Below are positions 1 to 12,480 of a DNA stretch of 64,000 nt, piece after piece (the first letter of the stretch is position 1; each line of letters opens with the position of its first letter). The DNA is taken from positions 1-64,000 of the forward strand of contig JAUCBJ010007419.1 of NCBI GenBank assembly GCA_032718475.1, read 5' to 3'. Position numbers and translations under genes: made by a program. The DNA is from Nemertoderma westbladi. Its lineage: Eukaryota > Animalia > Xenacoelomorpha. Under the pieces are notes generated by a model. That model was given only the letters and a program-made list of their open reading frames with translations. It was not told the DNA's origin and did no database searches.

Positions 1-758
1 TCACAATTAATTAATCAATCAAATCGAAAGACAGCATTAACTCACTTAATTTAATTGCATTAATCATATTGTTTGTACTGTTATTTTACCGTCAGTTATT
101 AATTGTACCTATTTGTTGATGGAAATATTGCTATTTGGATAATACGGATAAATCACCCAATTCCCAATTTTCTTGATAACACTACAGGTTAGAGAGACCG
201 GCTATACATAACAATTGCGATTTATATTAATGTGGTGTGTATTGAATCCAATGTTATTTAGCAGACCCTACGTGAGTCAATTACTGCTCTCTTTATGTGT
301 GATCAAATGTACTGACTGTCGGCAGAATAGTGTGTATGATTGTGATTGGTAACAAAGTATTTCCTAAAGAATACGCTTTATACTTCAATCCCAAGCAGTA
401 TCGTTGCGTTTAGTATAAGTCTTAGTTCTGTTTAAATAGATAAAGCGCCACGTCCTAAAGGAACTGTTAATATTTCCCGAAAGCCAATAATACCTGTCAG
501 AGATTAATTAATAACGATCTATCGAATAATACATTAGGTATACACTGCAACCTTACACTGTAATAATACAATTCAAGCATCCGAATTCAGTCTCCCGGGT
601 GTAGATCCATCGGGTGAATGATCGCGCATGGGCTGACTTCGGCTAATGTTTTGCGTATTAGCATAAATTATTGTCGTATGCTAAAGTGGTTTTAATTAAC
701 GAAAAGACATATAAATTTTGGCAGGTTAAACTGCTAAAGGTCTTCGAAAGCGCGAACA
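1..758 (+). mobile_element. Right part of a BEL/Pao-family LTR (3' or solo LTR, runs off the window edge), related to the LTRs at 11299/25962
   Basis: Ends ...AAAGGTCTTCGAAAGCGCGAACA(758), matching the reverse complement of the 11299 LTR terminus TGTTCGCGCTTTCAGACCTTTGGCAGTTTAACC. Internal blocks are shared (GCGCCACGTCCTAAAGGAACTGTTAATATTTCCCGAA; CGGGTGAATGATCGCGCA). Confidence 0.85.
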
Positions 759-1730
759 CAATATATTCCAAAATGAAAATAAACAATATTGAAAAGCACA
801 CAATAAAAATAAATATAATAAGAAATCGCATTTCAAAGCAAAAATATGTTATGTATAGTTTTCAAAACCCGAGCTCCCTAGTACAGATCCCCTTGCCTTC
901 ATTGCATAGAATATATACAATGCTATTCCGAAAACTATGTTATTGTCGACCGCGCACATCAATTTGTTGAATTTGAAAATGGACGGGTACCGAGAAAAGA
1001 ACCGACCAAGATAATTACAACGTAAAGAATTATATTTCTCGCATACCAGAAGGAAATGGTACTCGTCCTCCACATCTCCGTTGCCACAAACAATACAAAG
1101 ACGTTGATCCCGAGGAATGTTATACCATCTACCGGTTTCGATTGCAAGATAGTGGGAACTACAACGGAAGCGCGCAAAGGACTGTCTTAGACTCAAATGA
1201 TTGTGCAGAAGTTGAATATATGAAGATGTCCTGAAGGTTTCCTTAATGTAAAAAAACTCCCTTTGGTGATTCGACAATATCCTGTCTCCATCTCTGTTTA
1301 AATTGATCTCTGATGCGAACTTTTACTGATGCAAGGAACTGCGTTCTGGACTGTATTAATTCACTCTGGGTGGACCACACATTACTGTAACCGAGGCTGT
1401 TCAATAAATCTCTCACCTTGGTTGCCCAATTAACTACGGAAGGGTCCTGGACAGAGTCGTCAAGCATCATTGAATATGCTCTCTTCAATAGACGAGTTTT
1501 GGGCAGTGCCACTACCTTCAACCAATACTTAATAATGCTTTGATACCTGCCTGTATAAAGTGGAAACTGTCCAGTCTCACCATAAACGACGAAATTGGGA
1601 GAATTACTAATAATTACTAATAAACTTTTTAAAAATTTCAGATTGACGCGTTCTATATCAATTGCTTCTTGGAATCCCCATACTTCGCTACCGTATTTTA
1701 ATATCGGTTTAATAAGTGCATTAATTGTTA
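759..1730 (-). pseudogene. 5'-truncated non-LTR retrotransposon (RTEX-like) ORF2 C-terminus plus 3' UTR, frameshifted
   Basis: Minus-strand translation gives PILKYGSEVWG...NFVVYGETGQFPL...KYWLKV and the C-terminal Zn knuckle RCSSHYLAIETGRW...CIVC...EDEYHFLLVC. A frameshift near 1250 joins ORFs 1243-1521 and 849-1277. Confidence 0.8.
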
Positions 1731-4700
1731 GAAAGTGGATCCTATAGTCGAAGTAGATTGATTTCTCTTCAAAACAAATACAATCAAACCCTCATGGTTC
1801 AGAGTAGTAAACTTGGAGAACTTGTAGATGAGGCAGAGTCACTTCAAGATTCTAGGAATCTTACAATGCTATTTGATAAATTACGAAATGTTCGGGTAAA
1901 TTATCTGCGTGTATCTGCACTGTTTGATATACATAGATCTAAGTTGAAGGATGAATTGATTGGTGAATCCGCATCGCAGATTGAAATTAGAGACGAAGAA
2001 GGAGAGTTAGGAGAATGGAGACGAGTCTTTATTGAATCATTGGAGCGGTATTTATTAATTAAGGGGGTAGTTATTCCCGGACTACCATTACCAACCACTG
2101 CAAATATGCAAGTAGCAGCCGTATCTGAAGGAAATATTTGGAGAAGGAAGTCTGAAGAAAGCAGACAAATACCTGTTAACTCAAGAAGAGCTCGATTTGT
2201 AGCAGGAAGCGAGATATCTATGGCATCATCTCAAATAGCACAATTGCGTAGGTTAGAGTGTGAGCAGGCTAGGCTCATTGCTGAGCAGAAGGAAGCAGAT
2301 CGTTCCCAATTAGCAGATCAACACTTATCAGAAGAAGTAGAAGAGGTGTTAAACTTAACCCGAGATATTCAACAGATGAACTTGGAGGAAATAAACCAAC
2401 AGACTGCTGAAACGAATACAAATCGGATTGAGCGTGAATGTGTAGCTGAACTGGAGTGCTTGCGTATAGAAGCAGAGTTAGAAACTGTCCGTCGAGATCG
2501 CGAAGCAAATGAGAAGCGATTAGAGCGAGAAGAAGAAATTGCACGCTTAAAGCGCGAAGATGAACGGGCTGAACGGGAACGTGTCACCAAACGCATTCAA
2601 GATGCTTATTTATTGGAGCTGGCGCGTTTAAGAGTAAAACGAGCTGCAGATGATGAGTGAGATCGGAATGCAGATAAATTAAGGCAAGCAGAGCGGGAGA
2701 AGCTAATTGCAAATAAGCGCGAACATTTAGAAGCGCGAAAGGCGACAATGGTTCTTCTAGAACAGCAAAGAAGACAGCAAATTTTAGAATATCAGCGTAA
2801 GCAAGACGCTATTGCTGATGTTCAAAGACGTATCATTTCAGAGAAAGAAGATTTGGAAACCTCAAAGGGACTGGAAAGGGCACAGTCTTTTTTAAAAAGA
2901 TTCGATAAGTTTGAATCTTCAGTCATTAGATTTAATACTACGGCTGACCAACATATGATGACGTCATTTAAGACTCATTTTCACGATATGATGGCCAAGG
3001 GTGCTCAAATTACTGATCCAGCGGAGATAGCACTTCAAGATTATCAGAAAAGACATGATGACATCAAATTAAGAAATAACATTAAGTTAAGAAGAAATCG
3101 AATAGGTCTAAATACGGAACAACCAAACATAGCCAATAAGATGAAGTCAACTCCAGTGAACCCGGAAGAAAGGGAAACTAGTGTTAGAGTGCCATTGTTC
3201 CCTATGGGAGTGGAGCGATCCACACATTCAATAGAAAACTTTATAACAAAGGAGGAGGGGGAACATTATGCATCTGGGGAGTTATACCCCAAAGATGTTA
3301 GTCATATTCAACCAAATCCCGATACACCTATAGAACCAAAGTTTCCCATTGGACAAGTAGTACAGGAAGCGATTGCGAAGGGTAACGAGCCTGTAATGAG
3401 GATTGTAAGAGAAGTTCAAGGAGCTATACAGCGTGTTGACGATCGAGTTACTCGATCTGAAGAACGAATAGAACGACAACGGATAGCAGCTCGACGAAAT
3501 GCGAATGCTGAGTACAATGAATATGATAATGTAGATGAAGAAGGAGATTATATGCCGACTAATCCTAAGGTGATATTTATTGACAATAACTTCAGGACGG
3601 ACAGTGAGGACAGCATAACCAAGGTAGAAAAGAGGCATAGTAAACTGGGGAATATTTCGAGAAATCGACTAAGTCACACGAGACAAACTGTAGACTTTGA
3701 ACCAGTACAAACTGAGCCAATGGTAGCTTATAAGGTAAAACCAGATATTGCTGAGGAAATAGCGCGCTTTGCTGCAAGGCAAGGATTGCCGCCACAGAAG
3801 CCACCAAGATTTACTGGTAATGCAAAGTATTGGCGTACTTTTAGTAACTATGTGGAGACACAAATAGCGGCACAAGACTTTACTCCGACAGAAAAGTTTA
3901 ATTATTTGTTCCAGTTGCTTGACAAAGAACCATGTATTTTAGCAGACACCTACACAGGCAATCCTAGGGCATTTCAACTTGCTTACGATAGATTAACAAA
4001 GGTCTATGGTGGGAGCACTAAAATGGCTAGATCTATAGCAGATGAGTTAACAAGTGGTAATCCAGCCACAGATAGTGCTGGTTTATTAAAATTAGCAGAT
4101 GAGATCAATATTGCGCTGCAGGTTTGGCCCACACTTGGATGCGAGTCTTATGGTGACAGGCCAGACATACTAAAGGAAGTAGTTAAGCGGCTGAGTATTA
4201 GACACCGTCAGAAGTGGAGAAAGTTAGAGGGTAAGATTGAGGACAGAGGAGAAAAGGTGTCTTCATATCTACGACATTATAAAGATAGAAGCAGAGTCTG
4301 AGCTGCGGTCTAACTATTCTATTCTGAAGAATATTTGCACAGAGATCAGAAAGTTTCAGTTTTAAAATCGAAAGTGGCTTTCTCAGCAGAACAACCTAGG
4401 ACTTATAACTCTCTGGGAAGCACTAGAGACGACACACTCAAGGTAGCTGCACCCATAGGATCAATTCCAGCACAATCTCAGACATTATCGGCAGATTTTA
4501 GAGGGTGCCAATATTGTCACCAACAATTTCAGAAATACAACGATCACAAATTGGGCAATTGTAATCTATTTTGTAAACTAGATGTCGAAAAACGTCGTTT
4601 GGCAATTAGAAGTTTAGATGCTTGTTGGAAGTGCCTAGGTGTGGGTCACAAACGTAGAGCATGCACAGCTAGTGCTACAACGAAGGGGTGTCCAGACTGT

Positions 4701-7700
4701 GGCAGACTGCACCACAGACTCCTACATACTCGACAGCATACCCCTACTAAACAATACCTAGCTGAACATCCCAACTACAAGAGTATAACTTCAACCGAGC
4801 CAAATAGAAATGTGACATTTACTGGAATAGGACCTGATGAGTATGATAATCAATCTGGATCTTTGTGCGAAGAAGGATATTTAGGTGTACCAAGTGATGT
4901 TGGGACTGGTGTCTCTGAATACGATACCACTCACAATGCTACATTTCTTACTCGAGCACAAACAAGTTCGTTCAGTGTGGTTCCGATCAGAATTAGTCGT
5001 GAGTTAGGATCAAAACAGATATATTTCCTTATGGATCCGGCTTCTAGTCCATGTGGATGAAGAAATTGCCAGTGTGGTAACAAATATCCGAAATGCAAGA
5101 TCAGATATGATGGACATCGGGTCTCTTCATGGTAGGAAATTAGTATCGATTAAACATGTGACGCTAACATTGGACTCACTGTTACCTAGACAACACCATA
5201 GCGCCAGGGAACTCAATTATCTTCCATTGTAGGACGTTCAGTTTGCAGCTATAAGAGATTTTACACAATTATTAGGATCGGTATCCTTACCAAACAAATT
5301 TGAAAGAGAATATATTTCACAGTTAGATATTCCAGAATGTAGAGTAAATTATCGCAATATTGCGATGATCATTGGAACCGATATATTCACAGCCCATCAG
5401 GTTTGGGAAACTAGACCTGTAGAATTTATGCCTGGTGAACCATATGCAAACAGAACAATATTAGAGTGGTGTGGTATACTAGGTTTCCAAATAAATGGAG
5501 ACAACAACGACGTCGCTATGTGTAATATGTTGCCTAGCAAGGAAGTTGGAATCTTAGCAACTGATACCAAATCGGAGGTAAGTGAACCAAGTGATTTAGA
5601 AAGTGAGTTTTGCATCAGTGAAATTAGCTCTACCGACTCTAGGAAAATGGATGGCATCTTCCATTTTAACTACCCAGAACAATACCAAGATGTGGATTTC
5701 ACTGCAGACCAAAACAAACCTATATGTATGGAGCCTGGATCTAGCGAATATGTAGAGACTACATCGTTTTTTGCAAATTGCAATGTATTGACCAGACAAA
5801 ACGCATTAAAATGTATTGACAGCAATGAGATAGAAGAAGAAGCATTGAGAGAAGCTTACGATTTAATTGAAATAGATAGACAAATGGACCTCAAAACTTT
5901 AAACTGGTTAGAACAAGATGCAGTTGAGCCAAATAGTTACGACCTCTCTATGTCTGCCAATGAAAGAAGGTCTTTAGATATCATGGACAAAACTCTCAAG
6001 AAGCTTCCAAACGGACACTTTGAAGTTGGCATGCTGTGGCGGAATGAAAGGCCCAAGTTGAGAAACAATTATTCACTAGCATTGAAACGACTCAAATCAG
6101 TTAGACAGCGCCTCCCAAGGAATGAGACGGTACATCAACAATACCGTACACAAATAAATAAATATCTAGGAAATGGATATGCAAGGAAAATGGAGCATCC
6201 TGAGATTACTACAGATCAGACCTACTATTTACCTCACCATTACGTGACACATCCCGAAAAACCTGGACAGGTAAGAGTAGTAAACGACTGTAGTTTACTA
6301 TACTTAGGACAGTCACTTAATACAGAATTGATGGACGGCCCAAATCAGAATAATTCATTGATTGGCATACTAATGCGGTTTCGACAGAACACTGTGGCAT
6401 TCATGTGTGATGTGGAAGCCATGTTCCACCAGGTACAGGCATTAGAATGCGACCGGGACAGCTTACGGTTTTTATGGTATCCCAATGAAGACTTATCAGG
6501 AGACCCAGTGATTTACCAAATGTTGGTAAGAATATTTGGGGCCCGGGACAGTCCAAATGGGTGCTTATACGTTATGAAACAGTGTGCAAAGAAACAGATA
6601 GGTAATTTTAATTACGCTGTTATCTTAGCCGTGATTAGAGATTTTTACATGGATGATGGACTGGTGAGTTGCGATTCCGTAGACAATGCAATAGAGATCG
6701 CACATGGACTACAGAAATGCTTAGCAACTGGAGGATTTCGACTGACCAAGTTCAAGTCGAATTCACCTGAACTATTAGCCTCTTTCCCGGTCGAAGATCG
6801 TGGGAGCGGTCCGATTGAGTTGGGATCAGATCCTATTCCAGTTGCTAAGGTACTTGGTCTTTTGTGGGACCCAAATACTGATAATTTTCAGGTACGTGTT
6901 CGAACCTTGTCACAAAACAAGATGCTCACCAAGCGCATCTGTTTATCAACAATGAGTCGATTATTTGACCTGCTATGTTTTATAAGTCCTGTTGTACTCC
7001 AAGCGAGGATTTACCTACGTAAAATTTGGATGAGTGGAGTACAGTGGGATGAGCCAATCGATTCAAATGTGGCAATAGAGTGGCGAAAGTGGGAGGATCA
7101 GTTACCCGAACTAAGGAATTTGAACATTCCCAGAGTTTACTTCCCCAGACAAGCCACATTTCCATCTACTTTAGAGCTTCACTGTTTTAGTGATGCAAGC
7201 GAAAACGGACTAGGTATGGTAGCATATATTAGAAGAGAGGTAAACCCTGGAGTTTTCGAAACCTCATTCGTTAACTCTAGAGCAAAAACTCGACCTACAA
7301 AATATATGAACAACCCTAGAGCCGAGTTACAAGCTGCCACTATATCAGTAGGAGTCGCCAGGACAATCAAGCGAGAGTTGGACACTAACTTGAAGACATT
7401 TTTTTGGACTGATGCGACGCTAGTACTGATCTATATAAATAGAGATGACGTTCAGTTTAAGACTTTTATAACAAATAGAACGGCTGAGATTCTTGACTCA
7501 TCACTCAAAGAAGACTGGAGACACTGTCCTGGCAATATAAACCCAGCGGATATGACATCTTGAGGTATGATGCCAAGAGATTTTGTACAATCGGATGTTA
7601 GAGAATTTTGGTTACATGGTCCAGTTTTCTTGTCAAGACCAATCGATTGTTGGCCACGTATTTTCGACTGCCAATCGGGCACCCTACCCAATGATGCTGA

Positions 7701-9792
7701 GATCAAGGTCGAGAAGATTACAAAATCTAAAGCTAAGGCTTCAGCAGATTTTCTCAGTCGGGAAACAGGAATAGTAACAAAGAAAGAAACAGTTATAGAC
7801 TTAGAGATGGACAACATTTTAGATAAAGGGTTAGAGCAGAGTTGTTTTATGCAAACTACCCCAAATGATCTTTGGCGTGGCAGGTTACGAAACCGACCAT
7901 TAATGGATAACGACCTCCCCTCAGTAATAATAGACCTAAACAACTCGGTACAGCTTACACCAAATGTACCCACCGCCACTCCAGTAGATCTTAACATTCA
8001 TATAGATGATCCAAGTAGAAATATTAAACCTACAGAAATTAATATAAATACTATAGACAAGAAGAAACTAAATTTCGATGGTGCACAACCTTTGGAAGTT
8101 AATCCAAATGTAGATCTGGTAAGTAAACACCAGAAAAATAAAGATGAGAGTGGTATTTTGGAACCAGATAAATCTAAAGTAATACCTCGGCCGATAGACC
8201 TTCCTGCAGACACAAAAGGATGGGTCTACGATCAGATAATTAATCCCACATCTTCTTGGACAGACGCTTGTCGTAAGATGGCCTGGTTACGCCGTTATAT
8301 AATTTTTCTAGCTGACAGACAAGCATACCTAAGTAAACATAAAACATTTGTTAAACGATTGAGTATAGAGGAAGTAGACAGATCGGAATTGGATATAATC
8401 AAACATTTTCAGCAACGTGAATTTAGTCGCGAATATCAGTTAATCGCTAGTAGACGACCTGTGACGTCATCACCCCTTACAAAGTGGAGTCCCACTATTC
8501 ATAGAGGTCTTATTTGCCACAAATCCCGCCTCCAAGCGGCAGATCTAAGAACTGATTACTTGTATCCAATCATAATTCCACACCATTTGGAATTACAGAG
8601 TTCAATGATTCTCGATGCTCACATGAAACTCAAACACTCTGGTAGATCTCATTGTTTGTCGCAGGTAAGACAGCGTTTTGTGTCATTGAAACCAAATAAC
8701 GCACTCAAGTCTGTACTAGATCATTGTATAACTTGTAAGAAACTACAAGCCAGAGTTGGGAAACAGGAGATGAGCGACTTACCATTAGCGCGCGTACAGA
8801 GCCATCAACCACCATTCACACACACTGGCCTAGACTGTTTTGGTCCCATCGAAACAAAAAGGGGTCGCAGTATGATAAAGAGGTGGGGAGTTATTTTTAT
8901 ATGTATGGCGAGTCGAGCCATACATATAGAGCGAGTAGCCGACATGTCTACCAACTCATTCATATTAGCATTACGTAGATTTATTGCTAGAAGAGGATTG
9001 GTCAAGGCATTCTATTCTGACAAAGGGTCAAACTTTGTTGGTGGAAACAATGAAATAAATAGATCGTTAAACAAAATCGATAACGAGCAGATTGAGAAAG
9101 AGTTGCTACCTCGACGAATTGCATGGAGATTTAACCCACCAGACGGCCCATGGAGGGGCGGTAGCTGGGAGCGTCTAATACGCTCAATAAAACTGGCCAT
9201 GCATAAGACTATACCGGAGAATAAAACACTCAACGACGACGAATTAGTTACCCTCTTTATAGAAATTGAGGCCATACTTAACTCCAGACCTATCGCTTTA
9301 GTGACAGACAAAAATGACAATGTCATTGCTTTAACTCCGAACCATGTGTTAATGCAAGCTCCAGCCAATTTAGTTCCTATTTCCATCCCTGAGGACGACG
9401 ACATTCACTGCCGCAAGAGTTGGAAGATAACCCAACTTTTGGCAGATACATTCTGGAACTGTTGGCGAAAATATTACCTCCCAACAATTTCAGCAAGATC
9501 TAAGTGGTATCACAATACGCATAACCTATGCAAGGGAGATTACGTATTATTAGCCGAAGCTAATCTGAAGCGTCGCCATTGGGTTACAGGTGTGGTCGTA
9601 AAAACACACCCAGCAGCCGACGGCAGCGTGAGGACTGTTTCTGTACGCACATTAGATCAACATGTTATTATCCGACCAGTTCAACAACTGGTCTTACTAG
9701 AAACTTTTCGAGATGAAACTGGAGACTACAAGGTCTTGAAGAGGTCTCATGGTAAAAAACAGACAGTCTACAAAGTAGGTGCAATATTATAG
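1725..9792 (+). pseudogene. BEL/Pao LTR retrotransposon gag-pol (element 1), disrupted by stops and frameshifts
   Basis: Coiled-coil gag, DUF1759-like PPRFTG..W..F, triple Cys/His knuckles (CQYC..H..C, CWKC..H..C, CPDC..HH.LLH), protease FLMDPAS, RT DFYMDD, Pao RNase H FSDAS/PRAEL/FWTDA, integrase H..HSG..C..C, GLDCFGP, SDKGSNF, GGSWERL. Stops at 2658, 4299, 7561; frameshift near 5050. Confidence 0.93.
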
Positions 9793-11298
9793 AATGTTGG
9801 AGTTTTAATAGTGGGTGTAAATTCGGTGTTTGTAAACGTTACCTGTTCGCCGATAACGTTTGGGAGCGGATTATTGGTGACTTAGTTACACACCCACTAC
9901 ACAGAAAAATGTTTTGTTTTAAAAAATTGTAACAATCGCAAAACAAATGGTTTTTAATAAAAATATAAGTAGTTGTGGGAACGAAATTAAAATAATTTTG
10001 AAAAATTCAAGATATTTTATCACAAATCTCACGAGTACATTGGATTAGCGATAAAACTGGCAAAGAAACGTTAAGCTGTTCAGTGCGTGAACCCAGACAG
10101 GCAAATTATTTTCATCTGATTCAACTTCATAGTTCATACCTTGACTATTTCCATTTTCATTTCCAGTTCCTAATTTTCATTTTCATTTTGTTTAATTTTG
10201 AATGTTATATTCATTTCATTATATTAATTCATACTTCATACATCAGTTTGTGCAATCATATTCATTGGGCGTAGTTTTGGAATTATTAAAAGCGAATTTA
10301 TTCGCGGCAAGTTTACTCTCGAAAAAATAAATTTAAAAATTTGAAAATTTAAATAGGTATTTATACTGATATTAAAAGGAAATTGGTATTAATCCGATAT
10401 ATTGAAACTTGGCCTACCTAATAGGTTGTTAAGTTCTATTTAAGCAGCTGGAAATTCCTACCGAACCCCGCGACGAACCCGATACAAAAGAGGTGTTCAT
10501 AAACCCCTAATATAGAGAATTCGCACCTCACAGCATTATACTGCGACGAGTTGTGACATCGCTGAGGTCACAACTGTAACTATCATTAATCGCCGTGAAG
10601 ATTGGATTGAGACGTTTTCCGGTCGAATTCGTCTAGAAACTTCGTCTAATCAACCCGTGAGTAAATCCGAGGTCGATGGATATTCGCGCCCATCTGAAGA
10701 CATCTAGATTTACCGATTTTAGAGTTTGGAAAACCAAAGGAAGGGGAAGAGGTCGAGTAGTTCCCGCTGAATTAGTTGGAGCCACTCGTAGTTTCAGTAT
10801 CGTAGACTTTGATAACCCGGAGATGGAAGAGGTAAAGCAATATCGTATCGAAGGGGATATAGACTTGAATTTGTTCCCAAGATATTAATAATATTAGCTA
10901 TTAAAATGTTGTAGTTTAGCTATTATTTAGTATATTATAAAGTCCCTTCACACGGAGCAACTATGTTGCTACAAATTATTATCGTGTTATATTTGTGATT
11001 GAAAGACAGTCACTGATTAATTGTCCGACTTACTCAATTTATATTTAATTTAATATGGAAATTGAATTAATTTGTATTATTCGATCGAAGAATCTTTCGT
11101 ATTTATGTAAAAGATTAAACTCATTATAATAATGGAAATTTATTGTGAAATGATAATGGTAAGCGAAATTAATATTGTTTTTTTTTGTAAATATAAATAT
11201 TTGGTAAGCATTAGTACACAACAATTTATTGCTAAGATATTTTCTTTTCAATGATGGATAAATAATACTAGTTACGCAAAAATGTATGAAGAATGTTT

Positions 11299-12472
11299 TG
11301 TTCGCGCTTTCAGACCTTTGGCAGTTTAACCCGCCAAATTAGGATGTCTTTTAGATAATAAATCACTTTTAGCCTATGACAAGTATTTGATTCACTACAC
11401 TAGTCGAAACCAATCTGTGCGCGATCATTCACCCGCTGGATATACCCGGGAGATTGGGTTCGATGGCTTAATCTTATTGCTATGTAAGCCTAATGTATTA
11501 TTCGACTGACAGTATTATATAATCTCTGACAATATTATTCACCTTCGGGAAATATTAACAGTTCCTTTAGGACGTGGCGCTCTATCTATATAAACAGAGT
11601 TATGACTTAAACTACTCACAACGATATGGCTTAGTTATAATTCACATATATGGCGCATTCTTTAGGAAATGCTTCGTTATCAGTCTCACTCATACACAAT
11701 GCTGCACAATACTGCACACTAATCTGCCGATCTTCACTGATTTTAGTCACATATAAAAGGAACACAGACTGACTCATGTAGGGTCTATCAAATAACATTA
11801 GATTCACTTCAAACCACTTTAACATAAGTCACAATCGTTATATGTAACCTTTCTCTCTTACCTTCGGTATATCAAGAATATTGGGTTTCGGGGTTATTTA
11901 TCGTTATTCCAAATATAATAATTCATCAACCATATTATGAAGGACCGACAGTAAATAGCAGTATAACAATATAAAGTATGCACAGTGTTTGATTAGGTAT
12001 GGTATGTTATGATTTGAGTTGAGTTGTTATGCAGTTTGCAGTCAGTTTTGTTATGATAACGGATATATGTCCTTATAATTAAGCCTACTAGTGTAAGGCA
12101 GAGCCGTTCTTCCGGGCTTAGAATCACCAACAACACTAAAAACTGATAAGAATAACCTTATTTACAAAAGCTTCCACCCACCACAGAGAATGAGCATACA
12201 GATAGGAAAATTAAGTTCAGTAGATCTGTGATAGGTCGAAATCAAAACCAACTCAAATCCTATTGGCAGATACAGAAAGCAGGGCTGTGGGGCAACCTTC
12301 CCAAGCTGGTTGGACGATCAAACGTAGCCCAGATCCCTTCATACAGCAAATCAGCCAATCAGCCGGTAGCTTGCACTATTCGAGCTAGAGATCCCTTTTA
12401 GAGTATTCCAGCGCCTTGGGGGGAACTGGTTAGCAAAGCAAACGAATCAGTTATCCCACAAAAGCTTTTACA
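11299..12472 (-). repeat. 3' LTR of element 2
   Basis: Near-identical to 25962-27135 (about 6 substitutions by eye); preceded on the minus strand by a purine tract. Confidence 0.97.
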
Positions 12473-12480
12473 CCGCTCCC
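12473..12480 (-). promoter_or_regulatory. Polypurine tract (GGGAGCGG) of element 2
   Basis: Minus strand reads ...CTGGGAGCGG|TGTAAAAGC, directly abutting the 3' LTR. Confidence 0.75.

Noticed and set aside
1-758. 5' LTR of element 1
   Set aside because: It matches element 2's LTR family, is followed by a LINE 3' UTR rather than a leader, and has no copy downstream of element 1's pol.
11574-11825. Short ORFs repeated at 26237-26488
   Set aside because: Lie within the LTRs; duplicated only because the LTR is.
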